Assembly (NCBI GenBank): GCA_039589995.1
Contig: JBDHGH010000002.1
Coordinates: forward strand, 1,014-65,013
DNA length: 64,000 nucleotides
Direction of reading: 5' to 3'
DNA from: Gemmatimonadota bacterium
GTDB taxonomy: Bacteria; Gemmatimonadota; Gemmatimonadetes; Palauibacterales; KS3-K002
Shown: piece after piece, positions 51,238 through 60,477 of the stretch
How positions within the stretch are numbered: the first letter of the stretch is position 1
Layout: every line of letters starts with the position of its first letter
The notes under the pieces: generated by a model
Told to the model about the DNA's origin: nothing
What the model saw: the letters and a program-made list of their open reading frames with translations, nothing else
Databases searched by the model: none
Program-made: the position numbers and the translations under genes

Positions 51238-53679
51238 ATGAGAGCGTTAGCCCCACTCACGTTGTTCGCAGGCTTGATCGTGGCCACGGCAGCACCTCCA
51301 GACCTTGTGGCACAAGACGTGGAGGAGCTTGGTCGCAAGCACGGGGTCAGACCACCGCCGGGCTATTACGAGGTCCTGGCTGCCGATCCCACGGCTTACC
51401 AGTTCAACGAAGTCTGGAGGGAGATCGCCCGCCAAGTGAGCGAGCAACGACGTGCTCTCGCCCGCGCGGGCGACTGGGCCGGGCTGAACGCGCACCTCGC
51501 TGACGGGCCGTCGAGGGCCGCGGCTACCGCGGCTGGAATCGCAGTTACTGGAACGTTCCGTTTCCCAGTGATCACCGGCATGTTCTCGGACAGCACGCAT
51601 GCCCTCCTTCCGGACACCGCCGGCTTGAATGCCAAACTCTTTACTACAGGAGCTGCACCGCCCTACTCGATCACGAAGTACTACGACGAGGTGTCCAACA
51701 CATTGCTGACCGTTACCGGTGACGTCGTCGGTTGGTTCACGGTGGACAGTGCCGCAGCGTGGTACGCGGGTACCAACAATGGGTTGAACCCCGGAACCGA
51801 CCGCCTCGGTGACTACATTCAAGAGCTGCTGAACCAAGCCGACCCGTTGATCGACTTCAGCCAATACGACAACGACAATAACGGCACCGTCGATCTGATC
51901 GCGATACTGCATCCTCTGGTGGGCGGAGAGTGCGGTACATCGAACATCTGGGCACACCGCTGGGTCTACAGGGTTTGGAAGGGTGCGCCTTACACAACCG
52001 CCGATGGCGTGACGGTGGACGACTATGTCGTCCAGGCGGCGGTCGGTGGCACCGGCGGGTGCACGGCCTCCGATACCATGGAAATCGGCACGATGACCCA
52101 CGAACTGGGTCACGGCATACTCAATATCCCCGACCTGTACGACACGGGCGGCAACTCGGAAGGCATCGGCGAATGGGGACTCATGGGCTCCGGGAATTGG
52201 AATGTCCAGAACAGTCCTGCCCATCTCGGGGCGTGGTCCAAGGATGAGGTTGGTTGGATCGCGATCGACACGGTAGACGCGTCACAGGGCACCGGCTCCC
52301 AGACGCTTAGCTCCGTCGTGCCGAATGACACCGCGATGAGGGTCGATATCAGCGGTACCAACGAGTACTTCCTTCTCGAGAACCGTCAGGGTAACGGCTC
52401 GGAAACGGGAAATCTGAACGGTCCGGGCCTGCTCATCTGGCACATCGACCCCGATCGGATCGCCGCGCGACGGAACGCGAACCAGGTGAACGCCATCGTA
52501 CCACACGGAGTCGACCTCGAGCAGGCCGATGGATCGGATCACCTCGGCAACAACGTCAATCGCGGTGATACGGGCGACCCCTGGCCAGGCTCAAGCAACA
52601 ATACAGTCTTCGGACCGTCGACGACGCCGAACTCCGAGCTGAACGACAACTCGAACTCGGCGCTTCGGGTCGACAGCATCACCCAGAACGGCGACGGTAG
52701 CGTCGGCTTCCGGGTGAACTTCAACGTCGTGAACGAGCGGGTCACCACCAGCATAGGTGTAGGGACCGAGGTGATCGTCGACGGGTCGAACGAAAACGCG
52801 CCCCACGACGTCGTCTGGGCGTTCCCGAGCAATCACAGCATCTCCGTCGATTCGATACAGGGCGACACGCTGATGCGCTACGTCTTTCAATCGTGGAGCG
52901 ACGGCGGTGCACGTTCGCACAACGTCGCAGCCGACGCCACGCCCGATACCTTCATCGCCAACCTGGATACCGAGCACCGGTTGAAGGCGACGACGGATAT
53001 TCAGGGCAACATCACTAGCTCGGAGACGCTCGACGCAAGCGGAGTCGCCTGGGTGGCGCCGACACAAAACGTCAGCCTGAAGGCGACACCTGCGACCTCG
53101 GGTTTCTTTTTCGTCGAGTGGACCGGCGACGTGTCCTCGACCAACGACTCCATCGAGGTGAACATGGCGCAGCCCCAGCAGGTGCACGCCGAGTTCGGCA
53201 CGGCCGTAGCCATCTCCACCACCGCACTGACCGCCGGCGTTATTGGCGCCGCTTACGTTGACACACTGATGGCGACGGGCGGCTCGGGCAACTTCACCTG
53301 GACTCAGGTGGGAGGCGACGCGCTGCCGGCCGGACTCAACATGAACGCCCAAGGTGTAATCACAGGCGCACCCGAGGAAGACGGCTCGTTCGCGATGGTC
53401 TTCCAAGCCGTATCGGGCGCGTTGTCCAGCACACAGGACACGGTGACGATGTCCGTGACCACGCCGACCCTGGCTCTGAGCAACGTGGTCAATCATCTGC
53501 TGGGCCCGATTCCAGTGCTGTCGGACGATGAAGAGAACTACCTCGACATCATCGGCAATAACAACGGACGCTTCGATGTCGGTGACTTCCGGGCCTACCT
53601 ACAGGATACCGGCGTCGTCACCGACGTTGTACCCGCGACGACGAAGGACCAGCCGGCGCATAAGGAGGAAGGACGATGA
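51238..53679 (+). CDS. M6-family (immune inhibitor A-like) zinc metalloprotease with Ig-like domains and a C-terminal dockerin-like loop
   Basis: The ATG at 51238 is preceded by GAGGAGG. Signal MRALAPLTLFAGLIVATAAPPDLVAQ. Zinc site MTHELGHGILNIPDLYD. A putative-Ig segment (TGGSGNFTWTQVGGDALPAGLNMNAQGVITGAP). Tail LDIIGNNNGRFDVGDFRAYL. Confidence 0.85.
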   Translation: MRALAPLTLFAGLIVATAAPPDLVAQDVEELGRKHGVRPPPGYYEVLAADPTAYQFNEVWREIARQVSEQRRALARAGDWAGLNAHLADGPSRAAATAAGIAVTGTFRFPVITGMFSDSTHALLPDTAGLNAKLFTTGAAPPYSITKYYDEVSNTLLTVTGDVVGWFTVDSAAAWYAGTNNGLNPGTDRLGDYIQELLNQADPLIDFSQYDNDNNGTVDLIAILHPLVGGECGTSNIWAHRWVYRVWKGAPYTTADGVTVDDYVVQAAVGGTGGCTASDTMEIGTMTHELGHGILNIPDLYDTGGNSEGIGEWGLMGSGNWNVQNSPAHLGAWSKDEVGWIAIDTVDASQGTGSQTLSSVVPNDTAMRVDISGTNEYFLLENRQGNGSETGNLNGPGLLIWHIDPDRIAARRNANQVNAIVPHGVDLEQADGSDHLGNNVNRGDTGDPWPGSSNNTVFGPSTTPNSELNDNSNSALRVDSITQNGDGSVGFRVNFNVVNERVTTSIGVGTEVIVDGSNENAPHDVVWAFPSNHSISVDSIQGDTLMRYVFQSWSDGGARSHNVAADATPDTFIANLDTEHRLKATTDIQGNITSSETLDASGVAWVAPTQNVSLKATPATSGFFFVEWTGDVSSTNDSIEVNMAQPQQVHAEFGTAVAISTTALTAGVIGAAYVDTLMATGGSGNFTWTQVGGDALPAGLNMNAQGVITGAPEEDGSFAMVFQAVSGALSSTQDTVTMSVTTPTLALSNVVNHLLGPIPVLSDDEENYLDIIGNNNGRFDVGDFRAYLQDTGVVTDVVPATTKDQPAHKEEGR

Positions 53680-54086
53680 ATAACAAGCGGAATTTCTTCG
53701 GATGGGCGCTTTCCATCGTCTGCGCCACTTTCCTGATCGGTTCCTGCGGCGGCGACGACAGCAGCGGGCCACCGCCACCCGAACCGGGTCAGTTGACCGT
53801 CAGCGTGTCGTCGAGCGCCACGGGTGCGGCCTTCAACCTGAGGATCACCGGCGAGGACATCGCCAACCCGGTGCAAGCGGTGGGAAGTCACGAGATCTAT
53901 ACCTTCGCCTCCGGTGACACGTTGAACACGGCGGTCATCGGCCAGGTTTCGTCCGGAGATTTGCTGAGGTTCAGCGTCCCCGATGTGAACCAGGCGGCAA
54001 GCTACCGGGTGACGTTGGTGGAAGTAGCGGGCACCGACAACGCCCTGCTTTCCAACAGCAGCTTCACCGTCAGCATAAGTCAGTAG
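53676..54086 (+). CDS. hypothetical lipoprotein
   Basis: MNNKRNFFGWALSIVCATFLIGSCGGDD (lipobox). Its start overlaps the protease stop (ATGA). Confidence 0.6.
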   Translation: MNNKRNFFGWALSIVCATFLIGSCGGDDSSGPPPPEPGQLTVSVSSSATGAAFNLRITGEDIANPVQAVGSHEIYTFASGDTLNTAVIGQVSSGDLLRFSVPDVNQAASYRVTLVEVAGTDNALLSNSSFTVSISQ

Positions 54087-54152
54087 TCCCGGGTATCCCG
54101 GGCCGCCTCGATCGACGCTGTAGATGCGCGATCGGGGTGGCCCGGACCCCTG

Positions 54153-54515
54153 CTAGCGCATCATGGCGTCGATTCTCGCCACGCGCGGATCGGTACCGAT
54201 AACCTCACCGCCTTCGGGAATCTCCAGCCAGCCCCGCAACGAGGTCTCGCCGAACACCGTGTCGACATGGAAGCCGTTTTCTTTCAGCCACTCGAGGTCC
54301 GTTTCTTGAATTGGCTCGACGAACTCGATGAGCATGAAGTTCTTCGGCTGTTCGGCCTCCGCTGTGCCGGCGTCACTCGAAGCGTCCCCGACGGTCTCGT
54401 TCATCGTGGCGTCCTCCGCATCTGCCGAGCTGTCGGCTTCTTCCCCTGGACGGCATGCCACGAGGCCCAGGACGACGACTACGATCGCGGCCTGCCATAG
54501 TTGTGTCGCTCTCAT
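54153..54515 (-). CDS. hypothetical lipoprotein
   Basis: MRATQLWQAAIVVVVLGLVACRPGEE, then an acidic linker and a small C-terminal domain. Confidence 0.55.
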   Translation of the reverse strand: MRATQLWQAAIVVVVLGLVACRPGEEADSSADAEDATMNETVGDASSDAGTAEAEQPKNFMLIEFVEPIQETDLEWLKENGFHVDTVFGETSLRGWLEIPEGGEVIGTDPRVARIDAMMR

Positions 54516-54546
54516 CGTGTTCCTCCCTGAAGAATCGGCCGTGCGA

Positions 54547-55146
54547 CTAGAACCAGGTGTCGACGGTACCTGTCAACCTATCATACTGCCGGAACTCTCC
54601 GGATTCGATCGTCAGTCGACCCAAGAAATCATGACCGAAGCGGGTTCGGATAAACCGCTCGATCGGCTCGCCAACGTACGCGGCCACCAGACCGGCGATC
54701 ACACCGGCGTGAGTGACCAGCAGGACAGAATCACCCGCGTGCCCGTCTTCTAGACCCAAGACGAAATCGACAGCCCGGGCTTGCACTTCCTGCCACGATT
54801 CGCCGCCGGGGTAGCGAAAATGACCCAGGACGGCATCGCTCGGGAGTCTCTGGTAGACCTGCTGGAAACTCAGCCCCGTGAACTCGCCCGCATCGATTTC
54901 GGCCAGCGCCTCCACAGTCTCCACGGGAATCGGACGGTCCAGGGTCTCGAGCACCAGGTCGGCCGTCCTTTGTGCGCGCGCCATTGGGCTCACGTACAGG
55001 CGATTCAGCTCGCTGCCATCAAGATGCCGGGCCACTTCCACAGGGTGTAGCCAACCCGCCTCCGTGAAAGGCGAGTCCTGCCGACCGAGAAGAACGCTCT
55101 CGACGTTCGCCTCCGTTTCGCCGTGCCGCATTATGTATGCTCGCAA
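54547..55146 (-). CDS. histidine phosphatase (phosphoglycerate mutase-like) family protein
   Basis: IMRHGETEAN (RHG catalytic motif) and a late VTHAGVI (His). Confidence 0.85.
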   Translation of the reverse strand: MRAYIMRHGETEANVESVLLGRQDSPFTEAGWLHPVEVARHLDGSELNRLYVSPMARAQRTADLVLETLDRPIPVETVEALAEIDAGEFTGLSFQQVYQRLPSDAVLGHFRYPGGESWQEVQARAVDFVLGLEDGHAGDSVLLVTHAGVIAGLVAAYVGEPIERFIRTRFGHDFLGRLTIESGEFRQYDRLTGTVDTWF

Positions 55147-55261
55147 ACCATCCTCCCTCCGCCCCTATATAGGCTACACGCACGCTCCTTGCCACCGTTC
55201 TGCCCGACGACTACGTTGGCGCCGCCTTTGGCCCCCCATGACAGAGCTCGGGAGGAACTCT

Positions 55262-56758
55262 ATGAACCTGCTCGTCGCGGTCGTATTCGCCTATCCAATC
55301 GCCCTCATCGCCGTGAGCCTCTGGCGATCTCGTGGTGTGAAGAGCCACGAAGACTTCATGGTCGCCGGACGCAGCGTGCCGGTCCTCCTGCTGGTAGGGA
55401 CGTTAGTCTGCACCTGGATCGGCTCCGGTTCGCTTTTCGGTGGTGCGGGGCTAGCCTACCGGACGGGGATCGCCGAGCTGTGGTTCTCGTTTGGCGCCTG
55501 GATGGGGCTCGTGGTCGCGTATTTCATCGCCGGCCGCGTTCGCCACATCGCGGAATACACCGTGCCAGACTTGCTGGAGAAGCGATACAACGCGGCGGCA
55601 CGCCTGCTGGGCACGCTCGCAATTGTTTTGGCGTACGTGACGATCGCCGCGTACCAGTTCCGCGGAGGTGGCTGGATCCTGAGCATCGTCACCGACGGTG
55701 CGATCTCGCCCGAGATGGGGATGTACATCACCTGCGCGGCGATCGTGTTGTTCACTGCGCTTGCCGGGATGATGTCGATCGTTACCGTCGATATCTTCAA
55801 CGGGACGATCATCACCCTCGGTATTCTCTTCGCTCTTCCCTACATGGTCTTCGAGATGGGAGGTGTCGGCGAAGTGGTCCGCAACCTTCCCGACAACCAC
55901 CTGAAGATCTTCGGCGGCCACAATCTTCTCTGGGTCATCGGCGTGTCGCTCCCGACGTTCCTGCTGCTTCTGGGTGAGAGCGGCATGTACCAGAAATTCT
56001 TCTCCGCCAAAGATGCGAATGCCGCCCGCAGGGCTGTCATCGGTATGGTCCTGGGCGTGGTCGTCCTCGAGACGGCTCTGGCGCTGCTGGCCATCGTTGG
56101 GCGTGCGAAGTATCCCGACCTGATGTCGGAAGTCTCGATCGTCGGGCGTGCCGCTTCCGAGACGATCATTCTCTTCATCGCTCGTTACGGTCTACCGATG
56201 TTGGGAGGCGCGATCCTGCTGGCGGCGAGCGTCGCCATCGTGCTGTCGACAGGGAACACGTTCCTTCTGGTACCTTCGACGAACGTCAGCCGTGACATCT
56301 ACGAGCGCTTCATCAATCCCGCGGCCCAGGAGAAGAAGAAACTTACGGTCCAGCGCGTCTCGGTTGTGGCATTCGGACTGATAGGATTGCTCTTGCTGAC
56401 TCAGTTCGAGACCGTGCTCTCGATGGCGCTGTACGCCTATTCGCTGGTGGGAGCCAGCCTCACACCCGCTCTGCTTGCATGTTTCTTGTGGAAACGCGTC
56501 ACCGCGCAGGGAGGCGTAGCATGCATCGCGGGTGGTATGGGCACGATCGTGGCCATCGGGATACTGAGTCGGCTTGGCGTCGGTTTCAGCATGATGATCG
56601 GTGCCACGGAGTTCGACTTCGCCAGTAGCGAGTACATCGTCATACCTGGCGTTCTAGTGTCGATTGGGCTGTTGATCGTGGTGAGTCTGCTCACGCCACC
56701 GTCTGACGAAAGCGTTTGGAAGCCGTTCTTCGCCGACGAAAGCGAACTGGGGGCCTGA
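55262..56758 (+). CDS. sodium:solute symporter family transporter
   Basis: ORF 54878..56758, but its 5' part overlaps the phosphatase gene and is Arg/Ser-rich. The ATG at 55262 gives MNLLVAVVFAYPIALIAVSLWRSRGVKSHEDFMVAGRS, a typical SSS N-terminus followed by about 13 TM segments. Confidence 0.9.
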   Translation: MNLLVAVVFAYPIALIAVSLWRSRGVKSHEDFMVAGRSVPVLLLVGTLVCTWIGSGSLFGGAGLAYRTGIAELWFSFGAWMGLVVAYFIAGRVRHIAEYTVPDLLEKRYNAAARLLGTLAIVLAYVTIAAYQFRGGGWILSIVTDGAISPEMGMYITCAAIVLFTALAGMMSIVTVDIFNGTIITLGILFALPYMVFEMGGVGEVVRNLPDNHLKIFGGHNLLWVIGVSLPTFLLLLGESGMYQKFFSAKDANAARRAVIGMVLGVVVLETALALLAIVGRAKYPDLMSEVSIVGRAASETIILFIARYGLPMLGGAILLAASVAIVLSTGNTFLLVPSTNVSRDIYERFINPAAQEKKKLTVQRVSVVAFGLIGLLLLTQFETVLSMALYAYSLVGASLTPALLACFLWKRVTAQGGVACIAGGMGTIVAIGILSRLGVGFSMMIGATEFDFASSEYIVIPGVLVSIGLLIVVSLLTPPSDESVWKPFFADESELGA

Positions 56759-57451
56759 CTAGCCGTCCTCTTCCATTTGTCGCTTCAACGCGGCCAACTT
56801 GGAGTCGATCTCGTCGGCCTCTTTCGCCGCCTCGAGTTTTCGTAGTTCGACATCGGCTTCGAGTTCGCGGACCGACGGCGCATCGCCCAGCGCAGCATCG
56901 ACCTCCCGCGACGCTGCGGCGAGGTCTTCGGCCTCCTCGATGTCCTCTTCGGCTCGCTCGAAACGCGCCAATCCGCTCTCGGGACCGCGAAGCATATCGT
57001 CAAGCTTTTGCCCGGTAGTCACCCGACGCGAACGCGCGACCAGAGCGCTGCGGTTCCGCTCGGCGTCCTTGAACTGCTCCATCTTGTCCCGGTACTCGAT
57101 GTTCAGGCGCTCGACCTCCCCGCGCATCTCCACCGCCTGCTCCTGCAGATGCTCGGCGTCGTGAAGCGCCTGCCGGGCAGCATCCATCGCGTTCTGCGCT
57201 TCGTCGTTGCGGCCCGCGGCAGTCGCCTCCTGCGCCTTGTTGTGGGCGAGCTCGGCTAACTGGACCTGCTTCTTCCCCCGCGCCGAGAGCCGCTCGGTTT
57301 CCTTCTCCAGCCTCGGGATACGGGAACGCAGGTCGATGAGCTCGGCTCGCATGCCCCGGAGGATGTCGTCGACCTCGTCGCGGGTCAGCGGGCGCTCGGC
57401 TTCCTTGCGCTCGAGGGCGCGTTCGATCTTCTCGCGAAATCGTTTGAACAT
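56759..57451 (-). CDS. PspA/IM30 family protein
   Basis: An all-helical coiled coil. MFKRFREKIERAL..., ...ARFERAEEDIEEAE... parallels E. coli PspA ARFESFERRIDQMEAEAE. Confidence 0.8.
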   Translation of the reverse strand: MFKRFREKIERALERKEAERPLTRDEVDDILRGMRAELIDLRSRIPRLEKETERLSARGKKQVQLAELAHNKAQEATAAGRNDEAQNAMDAARQALHDAEHLQEQAVEMRGEVERLNIEYRDKMEQFKDAERNRSALVARSRRVTTGQKLDDMLRGPESGLARFERAEEDIEEAEDLAAASREVDAALGDAPSVRELEADVELRKLEAAKEADEIDSKLAALKRQMEEDG

Positions 57452-57539
57452 GCAGCGAAACTAGGTCGTGAAGTGGCGGTAGTCAAAGAGCGGGTCGGGC
57501 TTGCGCGAGCGAGCCAAGCGGGGTACGTTGCATGAACAT

Positions 57540-57944
57540 ATGAGCGATTCTTCATACGTTTCCACCCGCGATCGCACTCCCCGGAACACCGCGCACGGGG
57601 AAGACGACCACATCGTCGACCCGAAGGCCGTCGAGGCAGCTCGGGCCAAGCTCTGCAGCGAGGATGAGCTGACGCTCATCGCCGACACCTTCCAGATCCT
57701 CGCAAACCCCACGCGCCTGCAAATCGTCAGGTCTCTGGCCCGACGCGAGCTCTGTGTGGGTGACCTGGCAGCGGTGGTCGGTGCCAGCCCCTCTGCGGTT
57801 TCCCACCATCTCCGCCAGCTGCGCCAGATGCGCCTGGTACGCCACCGCCGCGACGGCAAGCTGACCTACTACACCCTCGATGACGACCACGTCGCCAAAC
57901 TGTTCGAACTGGGACTGGTGCACGTGAGGGAGGAGCTGGAGTGA
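57540..57944 (+). CDS. ArsR/SmtB family metal-sensing repressor (alpha5-site type)
   Basis: FQILANPTRLQIVRSL...ELCVGDLA...SAVSHHLRQLR...GKLTYYTL wHTH. C-terminal DDHVAKLFELGLVHVRE gives D/H...H..E alpha5 ligands. A TTG at 57501 is an alternative start. Confidence 0.85.
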   Translation: MSDSSYVSTRDRTPRNTAHGEDDHIVDPKAVEAARAKLCSEDELTLIADTFQILANPTRLQIVRSLARRELCVGDLAAVVGASPSAVSHHLRQLRQMRLVRHRRDGKLTYYTLDDDHVAKLFELGLVHVREELE

Positions 57945-60079
57945 GTAAGGTAGCCAGCGATCCGACCTTGGAACGCGATTCCGCGAGTCTGGTGCTGGAG
58001 GTGCCCGACATGGACTGCGCCTCCTGCGCCCAGCGGATATCCGAGCGGCTCGAAAAGCTGGAGGGTGTCGAAAACGTAGATGCGAGAGTCGTCGCGAAGG
58101 ATGTCCGTATCGCCTTCGACCCGGACCTGCTCGATGAGGGTGCCATCGAAGCCGCCGTCCGCTCCCTCGGCTATACCGTGGAGCGCGACGGAATGCAAAG
58201 CCGCCGGGAAGCGCCCCGGCGAAAAAGCGTTTGGCGGAGCCGTGACGCTTCACGATCGTACGCATCGGGAATCGCATTGGCGACCGGCCTGGCGCTGAGA
58301 TTCTCCGGGCTCGACGCTGCAATCTGGACACTGGTAGGCGGACTCAACTTTTTCCCGAAGGGCCTGCGCGCGGCACGAGATCTGCGACTCGACATGAACT
58401 TCCTGATGACCATCGCCATCTTCGGCGCCCTGGGCATCGGCGAGTTTTTCGAAGCCGGCACCATCGCTTTCCTCTTCGGCATCGCGGAGCTTCTCGAGCG
58501 CTATGCCGTCGACCGGGCTCGCGGTTCCATCGAGAAGCTGCTGGACCTGGCGCCAGCTACGGCCCGCGTTCACCGGGACGGCGACGTGGTGACGATACCG
58601 GTCGAGGACGTCGTACTCGGCGAGATCGTTCAGATCCGACCCGGCGAGAAGGTCCCGGTCGACGGCTGGGTGCGAGACGGGGTATCGGCGGTGGACCAGA
58701 GCCCCATCACCGGCGAATCGATGCCGGTGACCAAGCAGCCTTCGGACTACGTCTACGCTGGCTCGATGAACCAGGAGGGCTACCTCGAGGTCGAGGCAGC
58801 CAAACGGGCGGGCGACACCACGCTGGCCCATATCATCCACCTGGTTGAGGAGGCGGAGGCCTCGCGCTCGCCCAGCGAGCGATTCGTGGAGAAGTTCGCC
58901 CGCTACTATACGCCGGCCGTCACCGTTCTGGCGGTGACCATCGCGGTCGTTCCACCACTGGTGATGGGGGCTTCCTTCAGCGTCTGGTTCGTTCGCGGAT
59001 TGACTCTCCTGGTCATCTCCTGTCCTTGCGCCATGGTCATCTCGACACCGGTCGCCGTCGTCAGCGGCATCACCAGCGCGGCCCGCAACGGTGTCCTCAT
59101 CAAGGGAGGCGTACACCTCGAAGCGCTCGCCCGCGTTTCCGCCATCGCCTTCGACAAGACCGGTACGCTCACCGTCGGTGAACCGAGTGTCGTCGAGGTT
59201 AACGTTGCGCCGAGTTCCGGACTGGACCGACAGGATCTTCTCACAATCGCTGCCGCACTCGAGGCGCGTTCCGAGCACCCCATCGGTGCGGCGATTCGAA
59301 GAGCTGCGACCGAAGCCGGCATCGAGGACTCCAACAGCATTAGCGAATTCGAGGCTCTTCCCGGACGGGGAGCTCGGGCACGGGTCGACGGAATAGTGTA
59401 TCAGATCGGCCGTCCGGAGCTGTTCTCCAAAGGGACCGATGCGTGCAAGCCCGAGCTCGAACGGTTGGCTAACCTGGGGTACACTCCGATCTGCGTCGGC
59501 GAGGACTCGCGGGTGCTGGGTGTGCTCGCTCTGGCGGATCGAGAGCGCGACGGCGCCCGGGAGGTGATCGACGCTTTGCGCCACCAGGGTATCACCAGGA
59601 TCGTGATGCTCACTGGGGACCATGAGGCCACTGCTCTTACGATGGCAGAACGCCTCGGAGTCGACGAGGTCTATGCGGGCTTGTTGCCCAACGAGAAAGT
59701 GGACAGGGTTCGCGAACTCATGAGCGAGTCCGGTAGCGTCGCCATGGTCGGCGACGGCGTCAACGACGCCCCCGCCCTGGCTACGGCCACCGTCGGTATC
59801 GCCATGGGCGCGGCTGCAAGTGACGTAGCCCTGGAGACGGCGGATGTTGCACTCATGGCCGACGACCTCACCAGCCTTCCTTATCTGTTCTGGCTGTCGC
59901 GCCGAAGCGCTTCGGTCATCCGCCAGAACATCGCCGCCTCAATCGCGATAAAGCTATCCCTCGCGGCAGGGGTCCCTCTGGGCCTGGTCAGTCTGATTAC
60001 GGCCGTCTTGGTGGGAGATATGGGGGCAAGTCTCGCCGTGACCTCTAACGCTCTGCGGCTGGCTCGGCCGCGGCGCTAG
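57941..60079 (+). CDS. heavy-metal (Zn/Cd/Co-type) P1B-type ATPase
   Basis: HMA domain with DMDCASCAQRI, TGES, the CPC motif (SCPCAMVISTP), DKTGTLT, and GDGVNDAPAL. Its start overlaps the arsR-like stop. Confidence 0.95.
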   Translation: MSKVASDPTLERDSASLVLEVPDMDCASCAQRISERLEKLEGVENVDARVVAKDVRIAFDPDLLDEGAIEAAVRSLGYTVERDGMQSRREAPRRKSVWRSRDASRSYASGIALATGLALRFSGLDAAIWTLVGGLNFFPKGLRAARDLRLDMNFLMTIAIFGALGIGEFFEAGTIAFLFGIAELLERYAVDRARGSIEKLLDLAPATARVHRDGDVVTIPVEDVVLGEIVQIRPGEKVPVDGWVRDGVSAVDQSPITGESMPVTKQPSDYVYAGSMNQEGYLEVEAAKRAGDTTLAHIIHLVEEAEASRSPSERFVEKFARYYTPAVTVLAVTIAVVPPLVMGASFSVWFVRGLTLLVISCPCAMVISTPVAVVSGITSAARNGVLIKGGVHLEALARVSAIAFDKTGTLTVGEPSVVEVNVAPSSGLDRQDLLTIAAALEARSEHPIGAAIRRAATEAGIEDSNSISEFEALPGRGARARVDGIVYQIGRPELFSKGTDACKPELERLANLGYTPICVGEDSRVLGVLALADRERDGAREVIDALRHQGITRIVMLTGDHEATALTMAERLGVDEVYAGLLPNEKVDRVRELMSESGSVAMVGDGVNDAPALATATVGIAMGAAASDVALETADVALMADDLTSLPYLFWLSRRSASVIRQNIAASIAIKLSLAAGVPLGLVSLITAVLVGDMGASLAVTSNALRLARPRR

Positions 60080-60477
60080 CCCAAAAAGAAAAGTCCGGGT
60101 TGCCACCGGTCTCTCGCGCAAATGGCCCCAACCAGCCTCCGGCGGCAAACCCGGACCCGTCTCAAAATGTCCCACCATCCGCTAGCGCCCGGGGTCTACC
60201 CCGACGCACGTCCTGGGTCCGACGCTCTCCTTGAAGGCACAGCGCGTACCAATGCTGAGTGTGGCGCCAAGTCATTATTATTATTAGAGTTAGGTCAGTA
60301 CACGTCCTCACGATCGCGGCCGGACGCGGGCGGATTGTCTCGCGGGGGGACAGGCGGATGGCCACCTTTGGTGTGCGAGCCCGCTTACCGATACAGGGCA
60401 CATGAATTGCACTTTAGCGCGCCGCTTCAGGATAAACCCGCAGCCCACCGTGGGGTGGAAGGGGATCACGAGGGAGG

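Noticed and set aside
54088-54102. CCCGGG-TAT-CCCGGG palindrome between convergent lipoprotein genes as a terminator.
   Set aside because: The stem is 6 bp with a 3-nt loop and no U-tract, which is too weak to call.
54878-55261. 128-codon N-terminal extension of the symporter ORF.
   Set aside because: It overlaps the histidine-phosphatase gene on the other strand and is Ser/Arg-rich. A typical SSS-family N-terminus starts at the ATG at 55262.
57531-57556. Possible ArsR/SmtB operator: TGAACA-N10-TCTTCA (57533..57554) / ATGAA-N14-TTCAT around the arsR-like start codon.
   Set aside because: The arms are only 5-6 bp and imperfect, and the site overlaps the presumed ATG. I cannot distinguish it from chance without comparative data.
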